Shown: positions 35,121 to 43,834 of the stretch, one piece after another
Layout: every line of letters starts with the position of its first letter
Position numbering within the stretch: the first letter of the stretch is position 1
DNA from: Deltaproteobacteria bacterium
GTDB taxonomy: Bacteria; Desulfobacterota; Binatia; Bin18
Assembly (NCBI GenBank): GCA_016197285.1
Contig: JACPWD010000032.1
Location: forward strand, 80,389-144,388
Reading direction: 5' to 3'
DNA: 64,000 nucleotides
Program-made: the position numbers and the translations under genes
The notes under the pieces: model-generated
The model's database searches: none
What the model was told of the DNA's origin: nothing
The model's input: only the letters and a program-made list of their open reading frames with translations

Positions 35121-38100
35121 ATGAACTGTCCATCCTGCGATGTTGAGAATCACGCCGGTCGCAAGTTCTGTGTGGAGTGTGGCAGCCGGCTCGCACTGAA
35201 CTGCACGGCTTGTGGCACGTCGTACACGGCTGGCGAGAAGTTCTGTGGCGAGTGCGGCGCGACGCTAGTTTCAAATTCCAAGTTTCAGGTTCCAAGTTCC
35301 CAATCCCCAGCCCCCAACACCCAATCCCTAACCCCTCGAACCCAATCCCCAGCCAGCTACACGCCCAAGCACCTCGTCGACAAGATCCTGCAATCGAAGT
35401 CCGCCCTCGAAGGCGAGCGCAAGCAGGTGACGGTGCTGTTCGCCGACGTGAAAGGGTCGATGGAGTTAGCCGAACAGCTCGACCCTGAAGAGTGGCACCA
35501 GATACTTGATCGTTTCTTTGCGATTCTGACCGACGGCGTGCACCGCTTCGAGGGGACGGTCAACCAGTACACGGGCGACGGTATTATGGCGCTGTTCGGT
35601 GCGCCGATCGCCCATGAGGATCACGCCCAACGCGCCTGTTATGCCGCGCTGCAGTTGCGCGACGAGGTGACTCGCTACGCCACCGAAGTGAAACGCGTAC
35701 ATGGCGTCGGCTTCTCGACTCGCATGGGCCTCAATTCGGGCGAAGTGATCGTCGGCAGGATCGGTGACGATCTACGCATGGATTACACCGCACAAGGTCA
35801 CACCGTGGGACTGGCGCAGCGCATGGAGAGTCTCGCTGAGCCGAACACCTGCTACCTGAGCGCGGCGACGGCACACCTCGTGGCCGGTTTCTTTGCCCTC
35901 GACGACCTGGGTACGTTCCAGGTCAAAGGCGTCTCCGAGCCGGTCGGCGTCTTTGAGCTACGCGGCGCCGGTGCACTGCGCACGCGCTTCGAGGTGGCGC
36001 GCGCCCGTGGGCTCTCGCGCTTCGTGGGCCGCGATACCGACATGCAAGCGCTAGAAGATGCGTTGGCGCAAGCGCAGGCCGGCAACGGCCAGGTCGTGGG
36101 CCTTGTCGCCCCGGCCGGCACCGGCAAGAGCCGTCTGGGGTTTGAGTTTCTCGAACGCTGCCGAACGCGGGGGCTGACCGTCAATGTGGGCAGAGCCGTC
36201 GCCCACGGCAAGCACATCCCCTTCCTGCCGATGCTTGAGGTGTTTCGTAGCTACTACGGCATTACGGAAGCCGATCCCGACCGCGTGGTACGCGAGAAGA
36301 TCGCCGGCCGTCTGCTGCTAATTGACGAGAGTTTCCGCGAGCTGCTCCCGGTGGTGTTCGAGTTCTTCGGCGTGACTGATCCGCAGCGCCCACCGCCGCG
36401 CATGGACCCCGAGGCCAAGCAGCGCCAACTCTTCGCGGTGCTGCGCAAGGTCATCCGCGCCAGCAACGTCGAAAACCCGCCGATCATGCTGATTGAGGAT
36501 CTCCACTGGATCGACGCCGGCAGTGAAGCGTTCCTGGAGCAGTGGGTGGACGCGATCGCCGGCAGCCGTGCCCTGCTGCTGGTGGCCTTTCGCCCGGAGT
36601 ACCACGCGACCTGGATGAGCAAGTCGTACTACCGGCAGATTCCCTTGGCGCCGCTGGGACCCGAGGCAGTGCACGCGCTGCTCGATGACCTGCTCGGTCA
36701 CGATGCGAGCCTTGCCGGATTGGCCACGATGATCCACGGACGCACCGGCGGCAATCCCTTCTTTACGGAGGAAGTCGTCCAGTCGCTCATCGAGTCGGGT
36801 GCCCTCAACGGGACGCGTGGCAGCTACCGGTTGGGGACGCCGATCACCCAGCTCCAAGTTCCGCCCACGGTGCAGGCCCTCCTTTCCGCCCGTATCGATC
36901 GACTCGGGGAGTGGGAGAAGCATGTCCTGCAGGCGGCGGCGGTGATTGGCAAGGATTTCTCCGAACCGATTTTGCAACGCGTTTTGTCCGATGTAGGGGC
37001 GCACGGCTGTGCGCCCTCCGATCTTGCGACGGCGTTGCGCACGCTGAAGGACGCTGAGTTCATCTTTGAGCAGTCGCTGTATCCGGTGGCGGAGTACGCC
37101 TTCAAGCATCCGCTGACGCAAGAGGTGGCGCTGGGCTCGCAGCTTCAGGAGCGACGCCGACGCACACATGCGGCCGTGGCCCACGCGCTCGTCGAGGCGC
37201 AGGCGGATCGGCTGGACGAGAGCGCCGCGCTGCTGGCGCATCACTACGAGGAAGCGGGAGAGACCGGCGCTGCCGCGCTGCGCTGCGGGACGCGTGCGTA
37301 TCTGACGCTTGCGCACGCTTGGTGTGGACAGTTGCGGGAAGCGGAACGCGTCGCCGACGAGATCATCGAGCTGGCCCGCGAAGATCCGCACCTGGGTGCC
37401 TCTGTGGCGGGTTTCAGTCCTTTGCTCGCGGCACGCTACGTCCGCTCTCGCTGCATCGGTTTCACACGCGACCCCGCGACGCTCCTGCGTGAGATTCCGC
37501 TCCTGCGCCAGTTGGCTTTGGACAGCGGCTACCCGGAACCGGCGCTGTGGGCGTTGTCTTTTGGAGCGGAGTTCAAATACGCGCTTGACAGCTGCGATGG
37601 CACGCGGGCGCTGGCGCAAGCCGCAGCACGGCTGGCGGAGCACCTCGGCGTCGGCAATGAGATCTGGGCAGCTCTCGCCCAGTGCGCTGCGCTCGCCTGC
37701 GAGCGCGAGTGGCAACCCGTGCTGGACACGGCCGGTGACGCGCTGCGTTTGATCCGTGAGCGAGGCGCCGCGCGGCTGGCCGAGCCGAATTTCCTGGCGC
37801 ATATCGGTGCTGCGCAGCTCGCGCTCGGCAACCTGGAGGCGGGCCGTGCGGCGGCGGCAGAGGGCGTCGTGTTCATGCGCGAATCAAAGGGCGCGTGGAG
37901 CCCGCACAGCTACGCGGTGCTCGCCCGCGCCCAGCTCGCACTGGACGAGCCGGAGGCCGACATCGCCAGCACGCTCGACGAGTACGCGGCGCTGCTGGAG
38001 CGCACGGAGTTTCACCTCTTCGAGGGCGAGCTGTACGAGCTGCGGGCGCGGCTGGCCGAGCGTGAAGGCCGCGAGGCCGAAAAGGTTGTGGCCTTGCAGC

Positions 38101-38171
38101 GCGCTTATGACTGTTACACCCGCTTCGGCATGACCGCCCACGCCGAGCGGGTGGCGCAGGAGATCGCTTGA
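35121..38171 (+). CDS. Double zinc-ribbon + class III adenylate/guanylate cyclase + AAA/STAND ATPase + helical repeat protein
   Basis: CxxC x4, LFADVKGS, TGDGIMALFG, APAGTGKS, IEDLHW, GGNPFF, YAFKHPL. Confidence 0.9.
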   Translation: MNCPSCDVENHAGRKFCVECGSRLALNCTACGTSYTAGEKFCGECGATLVSNSKFQVPSSQSPAPNTQSLTPRTQSPASYTPKHLVDKILQSKSALEGERKQVTVLFADVKGSMELAEQLDPEEWHQILDRFFAILTDGVHRFEGTVNQYTGDGIMALFGAPIAHEDHAQRACYAALQLRDEVTRYATEVKRVHGVGFSTRMGLNSGEVIVGRIGDDLRMDYTAQGHTVGLAQRMESLAEPNTCYLSAATAHLVAGFFALDDLGTFQVKGVSEPVGVFELRGAGALRTRFEVARARGLSRFVGRDTDMQALEDALAQAQAGNGQVVGLVAPAGTGKSRLGFEFLERCRTRGLTVNVGRAVAHGKHIPFLPMLEVFRSYYGITEADPDRVVREKIAGRLLLIDESFRELLPVVFEFFGVTDPQRPPPRMDPEAKQRQLFAVLRKVIRASNVENPPIMLIEDLHWIDAGSEAFLEQWVDAIAGSRALLLVAFRPEYHATWMSKSYYRQIPLAPLGPEAVHALLDDLLGHDASLAGLATMIHGRTGGNPFFTEEVVQSLIESGALNGTRGSYRLGTPITQLQVPPTVQALLSARIDRLGEWEKHVLQAAAVIGKDFSEPILQRVLSDVGAHGCAPSDLATALRTLKDAEFIFEQSLYPVAEYAFKHPLTQEVALGSQLQERRRRTHAAVAHALVEAQADRLDESAALLAHHYEEAGETGAAALRCGTRAYLTLAHAWCGQLREAERVADEIIELAREDPHLGASVAGFSPLLAARYVRSRCIGFTRDPATLLREIPLLRQLALDSGYPEPALWALSFGAEFKYALDSCDGTRALAQAAARLAEHLGVGNEIWAALAQCAALACEREWQPVLDTAGDALRLIRERGAARLAEPNFLAHIGAAQLALGNLEAGRAAAAEGVVFMRESKGAWSPHSYAVLARAQLALDEPEADIASTLDEYAALLERTEFHLFEGELYELRARLAEREGREAEKVVALQRAYDCYTRFGMTAHAERVAQEIA
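35268..35351 (+). repeat. Degenerate heptamer tandem array (12 x 7 bp) inside cyclase gene
   Basis: GTTTCAA ATTCCAA GTTTCAG GTTCCAA GTTCCCA ATCCCCA GCCCCCA ACACCCA ATCCCTA ACCCCTC GAACCCA ATCCCCA = 84 bp. Confidence 0.8.
36993..37017 (+). repeat. GTAG-type REP in frame inside cyclase gene
   Basis: GTAGGGGCGCACGGCTGTGCGCCCT encodes VGAHGCAP. Confidence 0.75.
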
Positions 38172-38195
38172 TTGGGGGCCACTGCTGGGCAAGCC

Positions 38196-38277
38196 CAATG
38201 TTGTTCGGAATAATTGTGTCGCATTCCTGCACCAAATGAAGCTGACTGCAAGCCGGAAAAAATCCCGGACAGTATTG
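38196..38277. mobile_element. 82-bp MITE with 16-bp imperfect TIRs and 9-bp target-site duplication
   Basis: Ends CAATGTTGTTCGGAAT / reverse complement CAATACTGTCCGGGAT (12/16); GGGCAAGCC directly repeated at 38187-38195 and 38278-38286. Confidence 0.8.
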
Positions 38278-38314
38278 GGGCAAGCCAGCAGTGAGAGATC
38301 ACTATTCAGCATCT

Positions 38315-39205
38315 TTATGCCATTGACCCGCGCAGGAACGCCTGTACCTCTGCCAAAAACCGCTCAAGCTGATCATGGTGCACCCAATGTCCGGCATTGG
38401 GCACGTTCACGACCTTGACCTTTTGGAATGCGCTAGCGCGGCCGTCGGCGAGTGGATCGGATGCCCATGATTCCTCGCCGCGAAACAGCAGGGTCGGGCA
38501 AGTAATCCTTCCCCAAATTTCCCGCGCGTCGGCCACATTGAAACGGTAGGGCGACTGTGCGCGGACGTAATTGTCGAACTTCCAGGTATAGGTGCCGTCT
38601 TCGTTGCGGTGCGTGCCGTGGACCGTCAGATGATAGGCTTGCTCTGCCGAGAGCCGGGTATTCGCGTCTTGCATGCGCTTCACCGCTTCGTCGAGGGTTT
38701 TGTACAGACGGGGCTGACGACCGGCGAGGTCGCGCATTTGCGAGATCCAGAGTTGCATGCGTTCGTGAGCGTAGTTCGATTGCTGCTGAAGCATATGCGG
38801 CGGCGGCCCCAGCCCTTCGATGGCCACGACCTTGGCGACTTTCTCGGGATAGACGCCGCTGTATTGCAGCACGATGCCACCGCCTAGCGAGTGACCGATC
38901 AACGTGACCGGGAAAGCGTCAAGTTGCGAAAGCATCTGGGCGAGATCCACCACGTACTCGACCATGGCGTATTCGCTGCCGCGCGCCCACTCGGAGTCCC
39001 CGTGTCCACGGAGGTCGGGAACGATCACGTGATAGTCGTCACGCAGGGCCAGCGCCACCCAGTCCCAGTTGCGGGCATGATCCCTTCCACCATGCACGAG
39101 CACGATGAGCGGTTTGTCCGGGTTGCCCCAATCGACGTAATGGAGCTTGAGGCGTTGCGAGTAAAAGTAATGGGAAGTCGGTCCGATAATCTGTTGTCCA
39201 GCCAT
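38315..39205 (-). CDS. Alpha/beta hydrolase
   Basis: LVHGGRDHA, DLRGHGDS, GHSLGG, AGHWVHHD; ATG 39205. Confidence 0.9.
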   Translation of the reverse strand: MAGQQIIGPTSHYFYSQRLKLHYVDWGNPDKPLIVLVHGGRDHARNWDWVALALRDDYHVIVPDLRGHGDSEWARGSEYAMVEYVVDLAQMLSQLDAFPVTLIGHSLGGGIVLQYSGVYPEKVAKVVAIEGLGPPPHMLQQQSNYAHERMQLWISQMRDLAGRQPRLYKTLDEAVKRMQDANTRLSAEQAYHLTVHGTHRNEDGTYTWKFDNYVRAQSPYRFNVADAREIWGRITCPTLLFRGEESWASDPLADGRASAFQKVKVVNVPNAGHWVHHDQLERFLAEVQAFLRGSMA

Positions 39206-39349
39206 GTCCTCGCCTTTCTTGCGTCGGATTGTAACGATAGAGGCGCGAGCGCGGCAAGTGCGGAGCGGCAACAGAACGTTTCCGCTCGGGCCGACTTGAG
39301 CGCAAGGAAACCTCGCGTGTATAGATAACCGAGAAGGAGGATGGCGATT

Positions 39350-40096
39350 ATGGCTCGACTCGAAGGAAAAGTAGCACTCATTTCTGGCGCGGCGCGTGGC
39401 ATGGGCGAATGTGAGGCGCGGTTGTTCGTGCGTGAAGGGGCAAAGGTGGTCTTTGGCGATGTCCTCGATGAAGCTGGACACCAGGTCGCGAAAGACCTGG
39501 CCCAGCACGGAGGATCGGCGACCTACCTGCATCTGGATGTGACAGCGGAGAGTCAGTGGCAACAAGCGGTAGAGACTGCTGAGCGCGTCTACGGGAAGCT
39601 CGACATCCTGGTGAATAACGCTGGCATCGTGCGCATGGCACCGCTGGATGAGACGAGTTTAGACGCCTGGAATGAAGTCATTAACGTGAATCAAACCGGT
39701 GTCTTCCTAGGCATGAAACACGCGATCCCCGCCATGCGACGGGCGGGAGGCGGGTCGATCGTGAACATTTCGTCGGTGGCTGGTCTGGTGGGGCTGCCCA
39801 ATATCCCTGCGTATCAGGCGAGCAAAGGCGCGGTGCGATTGCTGACGAAGAACGCGGCGGTGCAGTACGCCAAGGACAAGATCCGGGTGAATTCCATTCA
39901 TCCTGGCCGTATCGAGACGCCCATGACAGCAAACCTCACTCCAGAACGACGGGCGATGGTCCTGGACCTGACTCCGTTAGGGAGAGATGGAAAACCGGAA
40001 GAAGTCGCCTACGGTGTGTTGTATTTGGCTTGCGACGAATCGTCGTTTGTCACGGGAGCGGAGTTGGTGATCGATGGCGGGTTCACTGCCCGGTGA
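39350..40096 (+). CDS. Short-chain dehydrogenase/reductase (3-alpha/20-beta HSD-like)
   Basis: SGAARGMG, LVNNAG, YQASK, DGGFTA; AGGAGG SD. Confidence 0.92.
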   Translation: MARLEGKVALISGAARGMGECEARLFVREGAKVVFGDVLDEAGHQVAKDLAQHGGSATYLHLDVTAESQWQQAVETAERVYGKLDILVNNAGIVRMAPLDETSLDAWNEVINVNQTGVFLGMKHAIPAMRRAGGGSIVNISSVAGLVGLPNIPAYQASKGAVRLLTKNAAVQYAKDKIRVNSIHPGRIETPMTANLTPERRAMVLDLTPLGRDGKPEEVAYGVLYLACDESSFVTGAELVIDGGFTAR

Positions 40097-40151
40097 GGAG
40101 AGAGTGGCGTTCCCCTTTCCTGGTACGAGAAGGGGGAACTGGAAAGTCGAG

Positions 40152-40305
40152 CTAGTAGTTTGTTCGAGAAAATAGGAGGGGTTGTCATTCCGAGCCGTAA
40201 TGCAATGGAGGCGAGGAATCTCGTGTTGGTCCTGCTCCTTTGAGATTCCTCGTCGCTGCGCTCCTCGGAATGACACCCCTTAGCATTCCCCGGATAGATT
40301 ACTAT
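40152..40305. mobile_element. 154-bp MITE-like element, copy 2 (internal TGTCA...TGACA hairpin 40183-40275)
   Basis: Outer arms TAGTAGTTTGTTCGAGAAAA.. vs reverse complement TAGTAATCTATCCGGGGAAT.. differ by transitions; core closely matches 23574-23666. Confidence 0.65.
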
Positions 40306-41270
40306 CCCTTGGTCTTCTTGATCTCTTCCGTCAACTCGGGAACGGATTTGAAGAGGTCGGCCACGAGGCCGTAGTCCGCCACGCTGAAGATCGGGGCGTC
40401 AGGATCTTTGTTAATGGCAACAATGACCTTGGAATCCTTCATGCCGGCGAGATGCTGAATGGCGCCGGAGATGCCGATGGCGAAGTAGAGTTCCGGGGCC
40501 ACGACCTTGCCGGTCTGTCCGACTTGCAGGTCATTGGGTACGAACCCGGCATCCACCGCAGCGCGGCTGGCGCCCATTGCAGCGCCTAGCACATCAACCA
40601 GCGGTTCTAAGTAGACGGTAAAATTCTCGCCGGATTTCAGCCCGCGACCGCCGGACACCACGATGCGCGCTTCGGTCAGGTTTGGGCGATCCGACTTGGT
40701 TTCGCTGAAATCGACGAACTGCATCTTCTTGGCGGAAGCGTCGAGAGAAACACTGACTTTCTCCACAGCGCCTTGCCCACTCGGCTGCGCGGCATCGAAG
40801 GCTGTGCCGCGAACGGAGACGACTTTGACGGCGTCTTCGAGCGCGACTGTGGCCAAGACGTTGCCAGCATACATCGGCCGTAGGAACGTGCCGTCGGCAT
40901 TGATACCGACAATGTCGGTTGCCATGCCGACTCCCAGACGAGCCGCCACGCGCGGAAGCAGATCTTTGCCGATGGCTGTGGAGGTTGCGAGTACAAGAGA
41001 GACATCGTTGGCTTTAATGACCTGTTCGAGCGTAGCCGCATAGGCGTCCGCTAGATAGTTCGCCAGGGCGGGATCGTCGGCGGCCAGGGCTTTGGTCACG
41101 CCATAACCGGCGATCTCCTGCGCGAGAGCATCAACGCCGGAGCCTAGGACTGCTGCGAGACAATTGCCGCCGAGTTTGCTCGCGGCCTCCTTTCCCGCTT
41201 GGACGGCAATCAGCGTACTTTTGGGAAATTTACCTTTTTGATGTTCTGCAAAAACAAGCACGTTGCCCAT
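40302..41270 (-). CDS. etfA: Electron transfer flavoprotein alpha subunit
   Basis: [40 protein letters not shown]. Confidence 0.97.
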   Translation of the reverse strand: MGNVLVFAEHQKGKFPKSTLIAVQAGKEAASKLGGNCLAAVLGSGVDALAQEIAGYGVTKALAADDPALANYLADAYAATLEQVIKANDVSLVLATSTAIGKDLLPRVAARLGVGMATDIVGINADGTFLRPMYAGNVLATVALEDAVKVVSVRGTAFDAAQPSGQGAVEKVSVSLDASAKKMQFVDFSETKSDRPNLTEARIVVSGGRGLKSGENFTVYLEPLVDVLGAAMGASRAAVDAGFVPNDLQVGQTGKVVAPELYFAIGISGAIQHLAGMKDSKVIVAINKDPDAPIFSVADYGLVADLFKSVPELTEEIKKTKG

Positions 41271-41279
41271 AGTTGCTCC

Positions 41280-42035
41280 TTAAATGACTTTCGCCTCGGT
41301 ATGGAGGAGATCGAGCAGGGCTCGAACGGTTTCGACCTTCTTTCCGCCTTCTTTCTTCTTCGGCGGCTCCATCTTCACGATCTTGAGTCGTGGGGTAATG
41401 TCGGCACCGAGGTCGCCGACCGGGATTTCTTTGATCTCTTTTTTCCTGGCTTTCATGATGCCGGGAAGCGAAGCGTAGCGCGGCTCGTTGAGACGGAGAT
41501 CGGCAGTAATAATAGCGGGGAGCGAGAACCCAATGGTTTCCAGACCGCCGTCGACCTCGCGAGTCACGGTCGCGGATTTTTGGTCTGCCCCGAATTCGAT
41601 CTTCGAGGCGAAGGTGCCTTGCGGCCACTCAAGCAACGCAGCGAGCATCTGCCCGGCTTGGTTGGAGTCGTCGTCGATCGCTTGCTTGCCCATCAGCACC
41701 AATTCGGGGTTTTCTTTTTCCACGAGCTTGGCGAGCAGCTTCGCGACGGCAAGAGAATCGAGTGCCTGCTCGCACAGGACGAGAATGGCGCGATCCGCCC
41801 CCATGGCTAGGCCGGTACGGAGCTGTTCGGAGACCGACTTGCCGCCGATGCTGACGAGCACCACTTCGCCTGGGCCGTGTTTCTCTTTGATGCGCAGCGC
41901 CTCTTCAATAGCGATTTCATCGAACGGATTAATGACGTATTTGATATTGTCGGTGACAATGCCGGACCCGTCAGGTTTAACCCGGATCGTGGTCTCCGGG
42001 TCGGGGACCCGTTTGACCGTCACGAGTGTTTTCAC
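41280..42035 (-). CDS. etfB: Electron transfer flavoprotein beta subunit
   Basis: VKRVPD, INPFDEIAIEEA, GKQAIDDD, NEPRYASLPGIMKARKK; GTG start after GGAGG. Confidence 0.97.
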   Translation of the reverse strand: MKTLVTVKRVPDPETTIRVKPDGSGIVTDNIKYVINPFDEIAIEEALRIKEKHGPGEVVLVSIGGKSVSEQLRTGLAMGADRAILVLCEQALDSLAVAKLLAKLVEKENPELVLMGKQAIDDDSNQAGQMLAALLEWPQGTFASKIEFGADQKSATVTREVDGGLETIGFSLPAIITADLRLNEPRYASLPGIMKARKKEIKEIPVGDLGADITPRLKIVKMEPPKKKEGGKKVETVRALLDLLHTEAKVI

Positions 42036-42067
42036 GGGGATAGTCCTCCTAGAGTGGGAAATTCGAT

Positions 42068-42094
42068 TGGGGGCGAGTTAAAAGACCGCCCCTA
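42068..42094 (-). repeat. Degenerate (G/T)TAG-type REP
   Basis: Minus strand TAGGGGCGGTCTTTTAACTCGCCCC hairpin, resembles 34264. Confidence 0.5.
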
Positions 42095-42134
42095 ATTCAT
42101 CGCGTCGTTCCGCCGGTGTCAAGGACTGACAGCG

Positions 42135-42914
42135 TTATCCGTTGTTGTAGCCGAGGCGGTTCGAGAGGTCACGCCCCGCTTTGGTCACGAGCGGGATGAT
42201 CTCGTTCTGGATGCGCTCATCTTGAATCCGATAGGCTGGGCCGCTAATGGCAAGGCTGCCCACGACCGTGCGCGTGTAGTCCTTGATGGGCACGGCAACC
42301 GAATGGACATCGGTCTGATACTCGCCATGGTCAACGGCGTAGCCGCAAGCGGCGATGCCTTGGAGCTGTTCCGTGAGCCGGTCGCGGTCGGTGATGGTGT
42401 GCGCGGTATATTGCGCGAGGGTCTCCGCAAGGGAGCGTTGGAGTTCTTCCGCCGGCTCAAAGGCCAGGTGGACTTTCCCTGCCGCCGTGCAATGCAGCGG
42501 AAGATTCTCCCCGATATGCGACACGATCCGCACGGGCAGGTCCGACTCGACCACTTCGAGGGGCACGACTTGTCCTTTCCGCATGACTGCCACAAACGCG
42601 CTTTCATGGCAGGTTTTCATAACTTCGAGCATGATTGGGCGGGCTTGTTGGAGCAGGCCCATATGCTGAATGTAGGTCTGGCCCATTTGCAGACATTTCG
42701 TTCCTAAGCGATAGTTCTCCGTGGAACGGTTTTGTTCGATGTAGCTGCGGGATTCGAGGGTAGCCAAAATCCGAAAGACATTGTTCTTGTGGAGCTTTAG
42801 GCGTTTGCTCAGCTCAGTGACGCCGAGTTCTCCGTCCGTGTGGAATTGTTCGAGGACGTCGAGGGCATGAGCAACCGCTTGGATCATATAGTTGCTTTTT
42901 TCGCGTCGAACCAT
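42135..42914 (-). CDS. IclR-family transcriptional regulator
   Basis: N-terminal HTH (GVTELSKRLKLHKNNVFRIL), PLHCTAAGK, GYAVD.GE..SVAVPI. Confidence 0.93.
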   Translation of the reverse strand: MVRREKSNYMIQAVAHALDVLEQFHTDGELGVTELSKRLKLHKNNVFRILATLESRSYIEQNRSTENYRLGTKCLQMGQTYIQHMGLLQQARPIMLEVMKTCHESAFVAVMRKGQVVPLEVVESDLPVRIVSHIGENLPLHCTAAGKVHLAFEPAEELQRSLAETLAQYTAHTITDRDRLTEQLQGIAACGYAVDHGEYQTDVHSVAVPIKDYTRTVVGSLAISGPAYRIQDERIQNEIIPLVTKAGRDLSNRLGYNNG

Positions 42915-43054
42915 GGATCCTCCTTAGCTGGTCGCCGGGAGCAAAAAACGTTTTAATCTATAACGGACAATGACGCTTTTTGTCAACACGGTTCTATAAA
43001 CGCACGGCTTGCAAGTTGTCCGACTCTTCAGTAAGTGAGGAAGCGGTGAAGGCA

Positions 43055-43807
43055 ATGAAAGATGACGCGGTATTTGAGCTGTTGAACCCCATTGGGAACT
43101 CTTCCCTTGTTTTAACCTGTGAACATGCGTCTTATGCTGTGCCGGAGCGGTACGGCAACTTGGGAATCGGCGACGAAGAAATCCGTCGCCACATTGGTTG
43201 GGACATTGGCGCGCGGTGGGTCGTCGAGGCCCTCTCCCTCGCGCTTGATGCCCCTGCGGTCTGTTCCGGCTATTCCCGCCTCTTGATCGACTGCAACCGC
43301 GACGTGTCCGACCATGATCTTATCGTCAGCGAGAGCGATGGCGCGCGGATTCAGGGCAATCGGCAGGTCTCGGATACCGAACGAGAGCAGCGGATCGCGG
43401 AATTCTACGATCCCTATCATGCCGCCATCGACCGATTGCTGCATGAACGCAGGGAACGGGAGACTGTGCTGCTGAGCATTCACAGCTTCACCCCGGTCCT
43501 CGGGAAGAAAGAACGACCGTTCGAGCTTGGGGTGCTCTTCGATAAGTACGAAGACGTGGCTCAGGAAGTCGGCCAGCGTCTCCATCGGAAAGAGTACCGG
43601 GTGCGCTATAACGAACCTTACTCGGGCATGGATGGTCTGATCTTTAGCGCTCGGAGTCACGGCGAGCGGCACGGACTCGTTTATCTCGAACTAGAAATCA
43701 ATAACGGCATTATCGCTCGACCGGAGCAGGCCACCCGCGTGGGCCGCATCGTGGGAGAGACGTTGCAGACGCTCTTTCCTGGCTTGCGTCACGACGGGGA
43801 GCCGTAA
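43055..43807 (+). CDS. N-formylglutamate amidohydrolase family protein
   Basis: TCEHAS, HIGWDIGA, SRLLIDCNR, PYH, SIHSFTP, NEPY, ELEI. Confidence 0.9.
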   Translation: MKDDAVFELLNPIGNSSLVLTCEHASYAVPERYGNLGIGDEEIRRHIGWDIGARWVVEALSLALDAPAVCSGYSRLLIDCNRDVSDHDLIVSESDGARIQGNRQVSDTEREQRIAEFYDPYHAAIDRLLHERRERETVLLSIHSFTPVLGKKERPFELGVLFDKYEDVAQEVGQRLHRKEYRVRYNEPYSGMDGLIFSARSHGERHGLVYLELEINNGIIARPEQATRVGRIVGETLQTLFPGLRHDGEP

Positions 43808-43834
43808 AAATAAAGAGAAAAGAAGGGAGAAGTC

